DNA of 52,076 bases from Flammeovirgaceae bacterium UBA5867. Lineage in GTDB: Bacteria > Bacteroidota > Bacteroidia > Cytophagales > Cyclobacteriaceae. The notes beneath the pieces are model-generated. The model made no database searches, was not told where the DNA came from, and saw nothing but the letters and a program-made list of their open reading frames with translations. The translations under genes and the position numbers were made by a program. Shown here piece by piece: positions 28,970 to 36,526 of this stretch; positions within the stretch are counted from its first letter, which is position 1; each line of letters opens with the position of its first letter. Location of the stretch: contig DJFR01000040.1 in assembly GCA_002432545.1 (NCBI GenBank), positions 20,270 through 72,345 on the forward strand, given 5' to 3'.

Positions 28970-29359
28970 TTAACTATCGAAGTCAGGATCATAGCTGGCT
29001 TCACGACTACTCTTGCCACCTTCGTCATCGTAGTCGTCACCACCACTGCCACCACTTCCATAATCATCACCGGATGATGATTCGAAGTCGTCATCGCCAC
29101 CCGTATTATCGAACTCATCCTTGTTAGGAGTTGAGTCGAGGTCGTACTCGCCTTCGCTGTTTTTAGTAACAGGTACTTTTACGAGATACGTTGCATCTTC
29201 TGTTTCCAGCGGGAAAACGAAGATGGGCTCTTTTTTAGCATTGGTGATTCTGGTAATGCTACTTTCATAGCCATTCGGATACTGATCCTGCACCAATTCT
29301 TTTAAATCTTCTGAAAGATTTTCGAGACTCTTTATAACTTTTTTCTTGCTTGCGGCCAT
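28970..29359 (-). CDS. Hypothetical protein with acidic C-terminal tail
   Basis: 129 aa; folded-looking N-terminal ~65 aa (YPNGY...ETEDATYLVKV) and a D/E/G/S-rich tail. Confidence 0.8.
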   Translation of the reverse strand: MAASKKKVIKSLENLSEDLKELVQDQYPNGYESSITRITNAKKEPIFVFPLETEDATYLVKVPVTKNSEGEYDLDSTPNKDEFDNTGGDDDFESSSGDDYGSGGSGGDDYDDEGGKSSREASYDPDFDS

Positions 29360-29435
29360 ACTCGGGGTAACACAATTTTTCTGCGGGCAAATAGCTAAAG
29401 AATTTATGTGAGAGGCAAGAATTTTTAAAAATTTT

Positions 29436-29466
29436 TTTGCGCTGATCCGGAAACTTTCTATCTTTT
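29436..29466 (+). promoter_or_regulatory. Probable housekeeping promoter of the ECF sigma gene
   Basis: TTTG, 19-bp spacer, TATCTTTT (one mismatch to TAnnTTTG). Confidence 0.5.
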
Positions 29467-29535
29467 CAAACCAATTCTTGAAATAAACCCCTACAATATC
29501 GAATAGAGCTCTACGTTACCTAAATGTGAGACAGA

Positions 29536-30186
29536 ATGATTGACAGCAGATTCAGCGACAGCCAACTCGTGTCGCTCTATCAAAACGGTAACGAAGAAGC
29601 TTTCGAAACGCTCCTGCACCGACATAAGTCTAAAATTTACACAGCCATTTACCTTATCGTGAAGGATCGGTATACAGCTGAAGACTTGCTCCAGGAAACT
29701 TTTGTGAAAGCCATAAATACCATTCGTGGCGGACGGTATAATGAAGAAGGAAAATTTCTTCCATGGATCAGTCGCATTGCTCATAATCTTGCCATTGATC
29801 ATTTCCGAAAAGACAAGCGCTATCCGGAAGTGGTATTGGAAGATGGCAGCCGTGTGTTTAACTCGTTAGAGTTTGCAGAAGAGTCTATGGAAGACAAGCA
29901 GGTGTTTCGCGATACGCGATCCAAACTGCGTGACTATATAAAGGAATTGCCAACAGAGCAAAAACAAGTGCTGATTATGAGGCACTATTTGCAGATGAGC
30001 TTTCAGGAGATCGCCGATCGCACTGGTGTGAGTATTAATACTGCACTGGGAAGAATGCGATACGCGCTGATAAACCTGCGTAAGAAGATGATCAAATACA
30101 GAGCCTATGATAAAAACTTTTACGCAAACGGACTTGATCAGGTATTTATACCACGAGACTACGGAGAAGGAGACCAGGGAGATTGA
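29536..30186 (+). CDS. ECF-type RNA polymerase sigma-70 factor
   Basis: Region 2 EDLLQETFVK...WISRIAHNLAIDHFRK; region 4 MSFQEIADRTGVSINTALGRMRYA. Confidence 0.93.
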   Translation: MIDSRFSDSQLVSLYQNGNEEAFETLLHRHKSKIYTAIYLIVKDRYTAEDLLQETFVKAINTIRGGRYNEEGKFLPWISRIAHNLAIDHFRKDKRYPEVVLEDGSRVFNSLEFAEESMEDKQVFRDTRSKLRDYIKELPTEQKQVLIMRHYLQMSFQEIADRTGVSINTALGRMRYALINLRKKMIKYRAYDKNFYANGLDQVFIPRDYGEGDQGD

Positions 30187-30343
30187 CAGAGCCCTGCTAT
30201 GTGATGGGGAGTTAAAGGCACTCTACAATGAACTGTGCGAAATGGTTAATGCCATGGACGATGCACAGCTTCAGCCTGCTGCTACAACGGTGTTGAGTAT
30301 ATTAACATACTCGCGCCACCTGCAGGAAAAGAGAACGCACTAA
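30107..30343 (+). CDS. Small hypothetical protein overlapping the sigma gene (possible anti-sigma-like)
   Basis: 78 aa MIKTFTQTDLIRYLYHETTEKE...; overlaps the sigma 3' end by 80 bp. Confidence 0.7.
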   Translation: MIKTFTQTDLIRYLYHETTEKETREIDRALLCDGELKALYNELCEMVNAMDDAQLQPAATTVLSILTYSRHLQEKRTH

Positions 30344-30349
30344 ACGAGG

Positions 30350-30940
30350 TTACAACTCCTGTATCTGAATTAAACGCCAGCGAACTTTTACGCCTCCGCC
30401 ATCGTGGATCTGGAGGGAAATTTTGCCGGTGATGCCACCGATTTTTTCATCGGTCAGGGAGATCATCTGCTGACCGTTGAGAAATGTGGTAACATCGTTT
30501 CCTTTTACCCGAACAACCAGACGATTCCAGTCGCCTTCTTTCAGATATTTTTCTTTCTCAGACGAAGGTTTAATCAACCAGCCACGTCCATACGATTCAT
30601 ATATACCACCGGTATGTTTACCCGCAGGTGCTACCTCGGCCTGCCAGCCGCTGATCTTCGTGCCTTCTACCGATGAATGAAAAAATACACCACTGTTGCC
30701 GTTTGACTCCTGTTTGAATTCAACTGTCAATTCAAAGTCTTTATACGAATTGTCTGATACCAGATAACCATATTGTTTGTCCGGTCCGCTTTCGCATATC
30801 AACTCGCCCTTTTCAACGTACCATTTTTCTGTGCCGTGTACTTTCCAGCCGGTAAGATCTTTACCATTGAATAAACTAACGGACTGGCCCAGCGCACTGA
30901 TTGAACAAGCAAGAAGAAACAGTATGAAATAGTTTTTCAT
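30350..30940 (-). CDS. DUF1080 (3-keto-disaccharide hydrolase family) secreted protein
   Basis: Signal peptide; SLFNGKDLTGW, GNSGVFF, GDWN, ISLQIHDG. Confidence 0.88.
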   Translation of the reverse strand: MKNYFILFLLACSISALGQSVSLFNGKDLTGWKVHGTEKWYVEKGELICESGPDKQYGYLVSDNSYKDFELTVEFKQESNGNSGVFFHSSVEGTKISGWQAEVAPAGKHTGGIYESYGRGWLIKPSSEKEKYLKEGDWNRLVVRVKGNDVTTFLNGQQMISLTDEKIGGITGKISLQIHDGGGVKVRWRLIQIQEL

Positions 30941-30967
30941 GTTGATGGTTCGGGTTGTTGTATGATG

Positions 30968-31555
30968 TTATTTACTCTTCCACTCCAGTGTGTTGATCAT
31001 GTGTATGATATCTTTCTTCATATACTCAATAGCGGGAGCAAGCGAATCGTTGGCAACCTGCGTATTGAAATATAGCGCTCCGCGAAGGAAATTTTTAGAA
31101 GAGTCTGTTACTGTAAATTGAAACTGACTTGGTACTTCGCCTTCCAACTCTGCGATAACAGCAGTTTTACCGCTTGGTGTTTTGCTGATCACTTCATTAA
31201 TAGCATACGCTTTAATCTGATGCTTGGCGGTTAAGGTATACGAGTCGTCAAGGAATTCCTTTAATAATTTACTGTTGTTGTTAATGCTCTTATAGGTAAC
31301 ATGCACATTGGCTTTTATCTGTGGATAGTAAATTTCTATCCAGTAACGCTCGCGTATGTTGGAAGTATCCGGCAATAGCGTTGCATGTTTAGAATACTCA
31401 AAAGTATAAGGTAATGTATCGGGTAATGGCCGATAAACAGGCTCCGGTAATTCAAGCCGATTATAGCCCAAAGGCTTAGGCAAGTAATCGCGCGTGCAGG
31501 AAGCAGTTGCCAGCAGCATTACAATCAACGAAATATAGCAGCAAATACTTTTCAG
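30968..31555 (-). CDS. gldD: Gliding motility lipoprotein GldD (start codon uncertain)
   Basis: [54 protein letters not shown]. Start at CTG 31555 inferred from the signal peptide; alternatives are 31675, 31528 and 31519. Confidence 0.88.
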   Translation of the reverse strand: MKSICCYISLIVMLLATASCTRDYLPKPLGYNRLELPEPVYRPLPDTLPYTFEYSKHATLLPDTSNIRERYWIEIYYPQIKANVHVTYKSINNNSKLLKEFLDDSYTLTAKHQIKAYAINEVISKTPSGKTAVIAELEGEVPSQFQFTVTDSSKNFLRGALYFNTQVANDSLAPAIEYMKKDIIHMINTLEWKSK

Positions 31556-31706
31556 GAAAGTAAATTTTGGTTGTGTACGTTGTTCATATCGTACATCTAT
31601 AGTGTGCTCTATATTTTCAGATCTCAGTATATCTACTTCGTACGCTGCTCCTGGTGCCTTCCGCTTATCAATCATTACCCGATGTTAAAATCTAAATCAA
31701 TTCAAA

Positions 31707-32150
31707 TTAAAAAGGAAGATCATCTGTACTGTTATCTACCGGAGCACTGCGCATACTTTCAGAAGAACTTCTCTCCGGAGATGAAGCGTACTCCTGGTTC
31801 ATACCACCACCGCCACCGGTTTTAGGAGTAAGCATCGTCATGTTATCGCCTACAATCTCTGTTGTGTAACGCGTAACACCATCTTTCTCCCATGAGCGTG
31901 TGCGAAGTTTACCTTCGATAAAAACCATATCACCTTTGCGCAGATATTTTTGTGCTATTTCTGCAAGACCACGCCATAGCACAATGTTGTGCCACTCCGT
32001 TACTTCTTTCTTCTCACCTGTTGTTCTGTCTTTGTAACTCTCGGATGTAGCGATGCTGAAGTTAGCAACGACTGCACCGTTATCAAGATTTCTTACTTCC
32101 GGATCTTTGCCGAGACGGCCCACGAGGATTACTTTGTTTACACCTGACAT
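31707..32150 (-). CDS. ssb: Single-stranded DNA-binding protein
   Basis: [31 protein letters not shown], acidic tip DDLPF. Confidence 0.97.
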   Translation of the reverse strand: MSGVNKVILVGRLGKDPEVRNLDNGAVVANFSIATSESYKDRTTGEKKEVTEWHNIVLWRGLAEIAQKYLRKGDMVFIEGKLRTRSWEKDGVTRYTTEIVGDNMTMLTPKTGGGGGMNQEYASSPERSSSESMRSAPVDNSTDDLPF

Positions 32151-32342
32151 ATAGTTATTGTTTAATTTTTTCTGCTGGTAATTGACGGCTTTCTGTAACA
32201 GTCAATCAGAAAATAAATCTTCCGTAAACAGTCATCCACAAATTTTGCGCAAAGCTAAAAATGTAAATTCTCAGAAGAATTAAATTCTGAATTTTAAGTT
32301 ACCATTAAATGACATTTAAACAAAAATGGAATATGTAGTGCA

Positions 32343-33395
32343 TCATATAAGCTGGTGGTCTTCCAAAAAACGACTTATAAGCACAGGCTTGGGTAACTCC
32401 GTTATTTTTTTTGTTGAATAATATTTCAGATTTTCTGATTCACCTGCCAATGCATCTCCTTTTATAATAATGAAGGTTGCGTGAATGATCTGATGACTGA
32501 GTACATGTTTATATTTTTTGGAAACCACCTGTGCATTCTTCACAAATTTTTTTAGCCATGCATCTTCAGCCATTACCTTCAATGCATTTTGCGTTCGTGT
32601 TTTTTCTACGAGATGAAAATCGTACAGGCCATGCCATATATCTTTTTCTTCACGTTTTTTAAGCAGCATCGATTTGCCCTTCTGAAAAACAAAATAATAG
32701 AAGTAGCGGGCACGTGCTGTCTTCGCCTTTATTTTGACAGGAAGTTGAGCCTGTAAATTTTTTTGTGATGCAAAGCACGATGGTTGAAATATACACTGCT
32801 CGCAAACCGGACTAACCGGTGTGCAGTATAGCGCACCAAATTCCATCACTGCCTGATTATGTATATCCGGATTTTTTGGTGTGATGAGTTCGTTGGCAAT
32901 CTGCGTAAAATGTTTTTTGCCCTCCGGACTGTTAATTTCTTTTTCAATTCCGAAGATGCGTGCGAGTACGCGAAAAACATTTCCATCAACCACCGCTACT
33001 TTTTCCTGGTAAGCAATGGAGGCGATGGCAGCCGCAGTATAGTCGCCGATGCCGGGAAGTTTTTTTAATTCTTCAAATGTATCCGGAAAGGCTCCTTTAT
33101 ATTTTGTTACAACTTCTTTGGCGCACTTGTGCAGGTTTCGCGCACGCGTGTAATAGCCGAGTCCCTGCCAAAGCCGGAGCACATCCTGCTCGGAAGCGGA
33201 GGCCAGCGCCTGCACGGTCGGAAATTTTTCAACAAACTTTAAATAGTAAGGTAATCCCTGAATTACCCGCGTTTGCTGCAGGATAATTTCGGATAACCAT
33301 ATTTTATATGGATCGCGGGTGCTTCGCCAGGGCAGGTCACGTTTGTTAACTGCATACCATTCAACGACTTTATCAGAGAAATATCGCTTGTCCAT
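32343..33395 (-). CDS. mutY: A/G-specific adenine glycosylase
   Basis: WLSEIILQQT, WQGLGYYTRARN, HhH LPGIGDYTA, VVDGNVFRV, Fe-S motif CTPVSPVCEQCIFQPSC. Confidence 0.96.
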   Translation of the reverse strand: MDKRYFSDKVVEWYAVNKRDLPWRSTRDPYKIWLSEIILQQTRVIQGLPYYLKFVEKFPTVQALASASEQDVLRLWQGLGYYTRARNLHKCAKEVVTKYKGAFPDTFEELKKLPGIGDYTAAAIASIAYQEKVAVVDGNVFRVLARIFGIEKEINSPEGKKHFTQIANELITPKNPDIHNQAVMEFGALYCTPVSPVCEQCIFQPSCFASQKNLQAQLPVKIKAKTARARYFYYFVFQKGKSMLLKKREEKDIWHGLYDFHLVEKTRTQNALKVMAEDAWLKKFVKNAQVVSKKYKHVLSHQIIHATFIIIKGDALAGESENLKYYSTKKITELPKPVLISRFLEDHQLI

Positions 33396-33449
33396 CAGCC
33401 TGATTATCAGAATTTTTCAATATTCATTTTTAAATCTAAGAGCGGCATA

Positions 33450-33457
33450 TAAATTTG
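33450..33457 (+). promoter_or_regulatory. -7 promoter element upstream of the HU gene
   Basis: TAAATTTG matches TAnnTTTG, 36 bp before the GTG start. Confidence 0.5.
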
Positions 33458-33493
33458 CCAACCCAAAAAATTTCGACTTAAAAATATAACACA

Positions 33494-33835
33494 GTGACCA
33501 AAGCAGATATCATCAACGAAATCGCGGAAAAGACCGGAGTGGACAAAGCGGATGTGACAGCATCAGTAGAGGCATTTTTTAGCGTGGTTAAAAATTCAAT
33601 GTCGAACGGTAATAACATCTATATCCGTGGTTTTGGAAGTTTTATTAACAAGAAGCGCAAGAAGAAGATTGCGCGCAACATTTCACGTAATACTGCTTTA
33701 GTTATAGACGAGCACTACGTTCCTGCCTTTAAACCTGCCAAAATTTTTGTAAGCAAAATCAAAAACAGCGACAAAGTAAAACTGTTGGCTGAAAGCGCTG
33801 AAAAAATTCGCGAAGAAGAAGAGGATGTTGATTAA
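33494..33835 (+). CDS. HU/IHF family DNA-binding protein
   Basis: GTG start; TKADII, IRGFGSF, KIARNIS, VPAFKPAK; acidic C-terminal tail. Confidence 0.93.
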   Translation: MTKADIINEIAEKTGVDKADVTASVEAFFSVVKNSMSNGNNIYIRGFGSFINKKRKKKIARNISRNTALVIDEHYVPAFKPAKIFVSKIKNSDKVKLLAESAEKIREEEEDVD

Positions 33836-33874
33836 TAGATTGCCGCTGAGCGATATATCTTTTTCCTGAAGAGT

Positions 33875-34693
33875 ATGTTAAAGACAAGAATTATACTTGT
33901 AGTAGTCAGTGCTGTGCTGATTGTGATCATCTTTATGCTGCCCAAAGGTGTAGTAGAGAACGATGATCCGTTAACAGCAACGAATACAAAGCCCGCTGAC
34001 TCTATAGCTGAGAAAGTAGATGTACACGCCAGCGCTCCTAAACAGGTAGTAGAAAATATAGCACATCTCCGGACTCAAATTGAAAGAGGTACGGATAAAG
34101 AAAAAAATGCTATCTTTGCCGACTCTTTGGCAAACCTGTACCTGATTGCTGGAAAATTTGACAGCGCAGCATGGTTTGCAGAAGAAGCATCGAAGTTCTT
34201 TAACACGACTGAAAGCTGGATCAAGGCCGGTGATAATTATTACCAGGCGTTCACCTTTGCTACCGACCAGGCTAAACAAACAAGGTTAGCCGGTAAAGCA
34301 CAGGAAATTTACAAGCAGGTGTTGGACAAAAATCCAAAAGACCTGGATGTAAAAACGAAACTGGCAATGACCTATATCAGCTCACCAAGCCCTATGCAGG
34401 GTATAATGTTGCTGAGAGAAGTTATAGCTGAAGATCCAAAGAATGAATTAGCCTTATTCAATATGGGTATGCTTTCCATTCAGTCAGGCCAACATGATAA
34501 AGCTGTTGAACGACTGGAAGAATTAGTGAAAGTAAACCCTAATCACACGCAAGGTCAACTACTACTCGGCATTGCGTTGATGAATACAGGTGACAAGAAG
34601 CGTGCGAAAGAGCAGTTCGAAAAAGTGAAACAACTTGATAAGGATCCGTCTGTACAGGCTACAGTAGATTCTTATCTAAAGGATTTAAAATAA
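33875..34693 (+). CDS. TPR-repeat protein with N-terminal membrane anchor
   Basis: N-terminal TM helix; helical repeats such as ALFNMGMLSIQSGQHDKAVERLE and GQLLLGIALMNTGDKKRAKEQFE. Confidence 0.85.
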   Translation: MLKTRIILVVVSAVLIVIIFMLPKGVVENDDPLTATNTKPADSIAEKVDVHASAPKQVVENIAHLRTQIERGTDKEKNAIFADSLANLYLIAGKFDSAAWFAEEASKFFNTTESWIKAGDNYYQAFTFATDQAKQTRLAGKAQEIYKQVLDKNPKDLDVKTKLAMTYISSPSPMQGIMLLREVIAEDPKNELALFNMGMLSIQSGQHDKAVERLEELVKVNPNHTQGQLLLGIALMNTGDKKRAKEQFEKVKQLDKDPSVQATVDSYLKDLK

Positions 34694-34758
34694 TTGTTCA
34701 ACCCAATGTTACGCAGCTAAAATAAAACTCGTAACAGCGAAAATTTAAAAGCATTACT

Positions 34759-34848
34759 ATGCCAAGCGGAAAGAAAAGAAAGAAGCACAAAATGGCAACG
34801 CACAAGCGTAAGAAGCGTCTTAGAAAAAACAGACATAAGAAGAAGTAA
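34759..34848 (+). CDS. Small basic ribosomal protein, bS22/AURKAIP1-COX24-like
   Basis: Translated by hand: MPSGKKRKKHKMATHKRKKRLRKNRHKKK* (29 aa, 17 K/R). Not in the ORF track; lies directly upstream of the RNase E/G gene. Confidence 0.85.
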   Translation: MPSGKKRKKHKMATHKRKKRLRKNRHKKK

Positions 34849-34851
34849 TCA

Positions 34852-34890
34852 GTAACCGGGTCACCGGTTACGCTGCTTTACACGAGCAGC
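34852..34890 (+). promoter_or_regulatory. Twin abutting hairpins between bS22 and the RNase E/G gene
   Basis: GTAACCGG-GTCA-CCGGTTAC (34852-34871) followed immediately by GCTGCT-TTACACG-AGCAGC (34872-34890). Confidence 0.5.
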
Positions 34891-34933
34891 AATTTCTATA
34901 CACATCATTTTTTTACTTTAACCATTTTGTCTT

Positions 34934-36487
34934 TTGAGTAACGAACTAATAATTAGTGCAACTCAGGACGGATGTCGTATAGCCCTTCTTAAAGACAAGA
35001 CGCTGGTTGAATTCCACAACGAGGAAGAAGGCAGCAAGTTTTCGGTAGGAGACATTTATCTAGGCTCTGTAAAGAAAGTAGTACAGGGCCTTAACGCAGC
35101 ATTTATAGATGTTGGTTATGATAAAGATGCCTTCCTTCATTACCTCGATCTGGGCCCGCAGTTCAGTTCACTTTCGAAGTTTACAAAACTGGTACGTGCC
35201 AAAAAGATTAATGGTGGAAAGCTCGACAAGTTCAACACCGAACCGGATATTGATAAGCATGGGAAAATTACCCAGCAGCTGGCCAAAGGCCAATTGATAC
35301 CCGTTCAGGTTGTTAAAGAGCCAATCTCTACAAAAGGGCCTCGATTATCCTGCGAGTTATCATTAGCTGGTCGATACCTGGTATTGGTGCCATTCTCCAA
35401 TGCCGTAAGCGTATCTAAAAAGATTACCAGCAGCGAAGAGCGGAAACGTCTACTCCGCCTCATCCAATCTATCAAACCTGAAAATTTTGGCGTCATCATT
35501 CGCACTGTAGCGGAAGGAAGAGACGTAGCTGAACTTGACCGCGACCTGCGCAGCATGGTGAATACGTGGGAAGAGGGCATGGCTCGTCTTGTTACTGCGA
35601 ACCCGCGCGACAAAGTTATTGGGGAGATCAGCAAGACATCTTCATTGCTGCGCGACATGCTGAACGAATCGTTCGACAATGTGCATGTTGACGACAAGAA
35701 AATTTATGAAGATGTAAAGGCGTATGTTCACAGCATTGCTCCTGATAAGGAAAAGATCGTAAAGCTATATACTGGTAAAGCCAAGATCTTTGAACACTAC
35801 GGTATAGAGAAGCAGATCAAATCTGCATTTGGCCAGACCGTAAGTTTAAAGGGTGGAGGTTATCTCATCATCGAACACACCGAAGCATTGCACGTGATCG
35901 ATGTGAACAGCGGTAACAAATCAAACCGGGAAGAGAACCAGGAAACCACTGCACTCTCGGTAAACCTGGAGGCAGCAAAAGAAATTGCACGTCAGCTTCG
36001 TCTGCGTGATATGGGTGGAATTATCGTGATCGATTTTATCGACATGAGAAACCCTGATAACAAAAAGCTCATCTATAAAACCATGAAAGATGAGATGGCG
36101 GAAGACAAAGCAAAGTCTACAGTACTTCCGTTGTCGAAGTTCGGGTTAATGCAGATCACACGTGAACGTGTACGTCCGCAGATGAATATAGCTACCAAAG
36201 AAGTTTGTCCTACCTGTAACGGTACTGGTAAAATCACAGCTTCTATATTGGTATCCGATCTTGTTGAAAAAAATGTAGAGCATCTTCTCGTAAAACAAAA
36301 CGAGAAAGATTTAGTGCTGGCACTTCATCCATACCTGCACGCATACTTTACAAAAGGAATTATATCGCAACGCATGCGCTGGTATTTCAAGTATAAGCGC
36401 TGGGTTACATTAGTGATGGATTCATCGTTGGCTGTTACAGAATTTAAGTTTCTGAATAAAGAAGGAGAAGAGATACAGTTGTCGTAA
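34934..36487 (+). CDS. rng: Ribonuclease E/G family
   Basis: TTG start; S1 domain GDIYLG...AAFIDVG, KGPRLSCE, GGYLIIEHTEALHVIDVNSG, RLRDMGGIIVIDFIDM, zinc-link CPTCNGTG. Confidence 0.95.
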   Translation: MSNELIISATQDGCRIALLKDKTLVEFHNEEEGSKFSVGDIYLGSVKKVVQGLNAAFIDVGYDKDAFLHYLDLGPQFSSLSKFTKLVRAKKINGGKLDKFNTEPDIDKHGKITQQLAKGQLIPVQVVKEPISTKGPRLSCELSLAGRYLVLVPFSNAVSVSKKITSSEERKRLLRLIQSIKPENFGVIIRTVAEGRDVAELDRDLRSMVNTWEEGMARLVTANPRDKVIGEISKTSSLLRDMLNESFDNVHVDDKKIYEDVKAYVHSIAPDKEKIVKLYTGKAKIFEHYGIEKQIKSAFGQTVSLKGGGYLIIEHTEALHVIDVNSGNKSNREENQETTALSVNLEAAKEIARQLRLRDMGGIIVIDFIDMRNPDNKKLIYKTMKDEMAEDKAKSTVLPLSKFGLMQITRERVRPQMNIATKEVCPTCNGTGKITASILVSDLVEKNVEHLLVKQNEKDLVLALHPYLHAYFTKGIISQRMRWYFKYKRWVTLVMDSSLAVTEFKFLNKEGEEIQLS

Positions 36488-36526
36488 TTTACCCGCGAAC
36501 CCTAACTCTTTATCTGAAAAATAAAT

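Noticed and set aside
32195-32234. Short direct repeat AACAGTCA upstream of ssb
   Set aside because: 8-bp core, two copies; not above chance expectation.
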